A DNA stretch of 64,000 nucleotides from Rotaria socialis (taxonomy: Eukaryota). The position numbers and the translations under genes are program-made. The notes below the pieces were generated by a model. That model was not told the DNA's origin. It was given only the letters and a program-made list of their open reading frames with translations, and did no database searches. The stretch spans positions 186,001 through 250,000 of the forward strand of contig CAJNYD010000023.1 in NCBI GenBank assembly GCA_905331295.1, given 5' to 3'. Of the stretch, positions 63,599 through 64,000 are shown piece by piece (within the stretch, counting starts at the first letter, position 1; every line of letters begins with the position of its first letter).

Positions 63599-64000
63599 AT
63601 GCCAGAGGATGATTTTGATAAATCATTTTCAAACTTAATCTCAAAATTAGGTAAAACGAAAATGAAAATGAACTATTTTTCATCTTGATTTTTTACGTAG
63701 GTCATCCCGTTGAAGAAATTCGACTACGTGCACTAGAAAGTCTTCAAGCTAAACTTGATTTAAAAATCATTGCTGATGTCGACATACTTCAATATAAATA
63801 TTTATATATTAAATTACTTGAATGGTTCAATTTTCCGTCGCCACCAAAACGAGAGGTTGTTCTCGATATAATTTTAAAACTTTCTAAAGTATGTCCTTTT
63901 CTCTAGTACTATTATGAAATGAATATGAAATCTTGCTTTTTTTTATTTCTCAATTAAGAATGAATCAGCAGCATATAATCTTCATTCAGTTGGTGCTGTT
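63599..64000 (+). CDS. RTTN: Rotatin, 5' part (runs off the window)
   Basis: Spliced N-terminus MPEDDFDKSFSNLISKLGHPVEEIRLRALESLQAKL...LLEWFNFP...HSVGAV matches the rotatin N-terminal domain. Confidence 0.9.

Noticed and set aside
1..64000. tRNA, rRNA, snRNA or SL RNA genes, and autonomous transposase or reverse transcriptase ORFs
   Set aside because: None recognised by eye. A tRNAscan-SE/Infernal search would be needed to exclude small RNAs.

Overview
AT-rich (roughly 30% GC by eye) eukaryotic genomic DNA with many 50-70 nt GT-AG introns and animal genes. The style fits a compact invertebrate genome, most plausibly a bdelloid rotifer (inference). Genes in order: PSMD1/Rpn2 (+) with a 5-HT2-type serotonin receptor nested antisense in a 6.2 kb intron; an RNF166/RNF114-family E3 ligase (+); an SLC25A34/35-like mitochondrial carrier (+); SIN3 (-); CREBRF/REPTOR (+); an ankyrin-repeat protein (-); hnRNP K (-); an unknown gene (+); a compact SorLA/SORL1-like receptor (+); an RS-rich orphan with a C-terminal EEGEI motif (-); WWOX (-); prefoldin 2 (-); and the 5' end of rotatin (+). 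Several MITE-like palindromic elements occur, one with a clean 9-bp target-site duplication. Strongest observation: the 5-HT2-inside-PSMD1 nesting matches the vertebrate HTR2B/PSMD1 arrangement and may use the same intron. Also notable is an operon-like PFDN2-WWOX-orphan cluster with apparently unpaired splice acceptors. Exon boundaries were read by eye and no searches were run.
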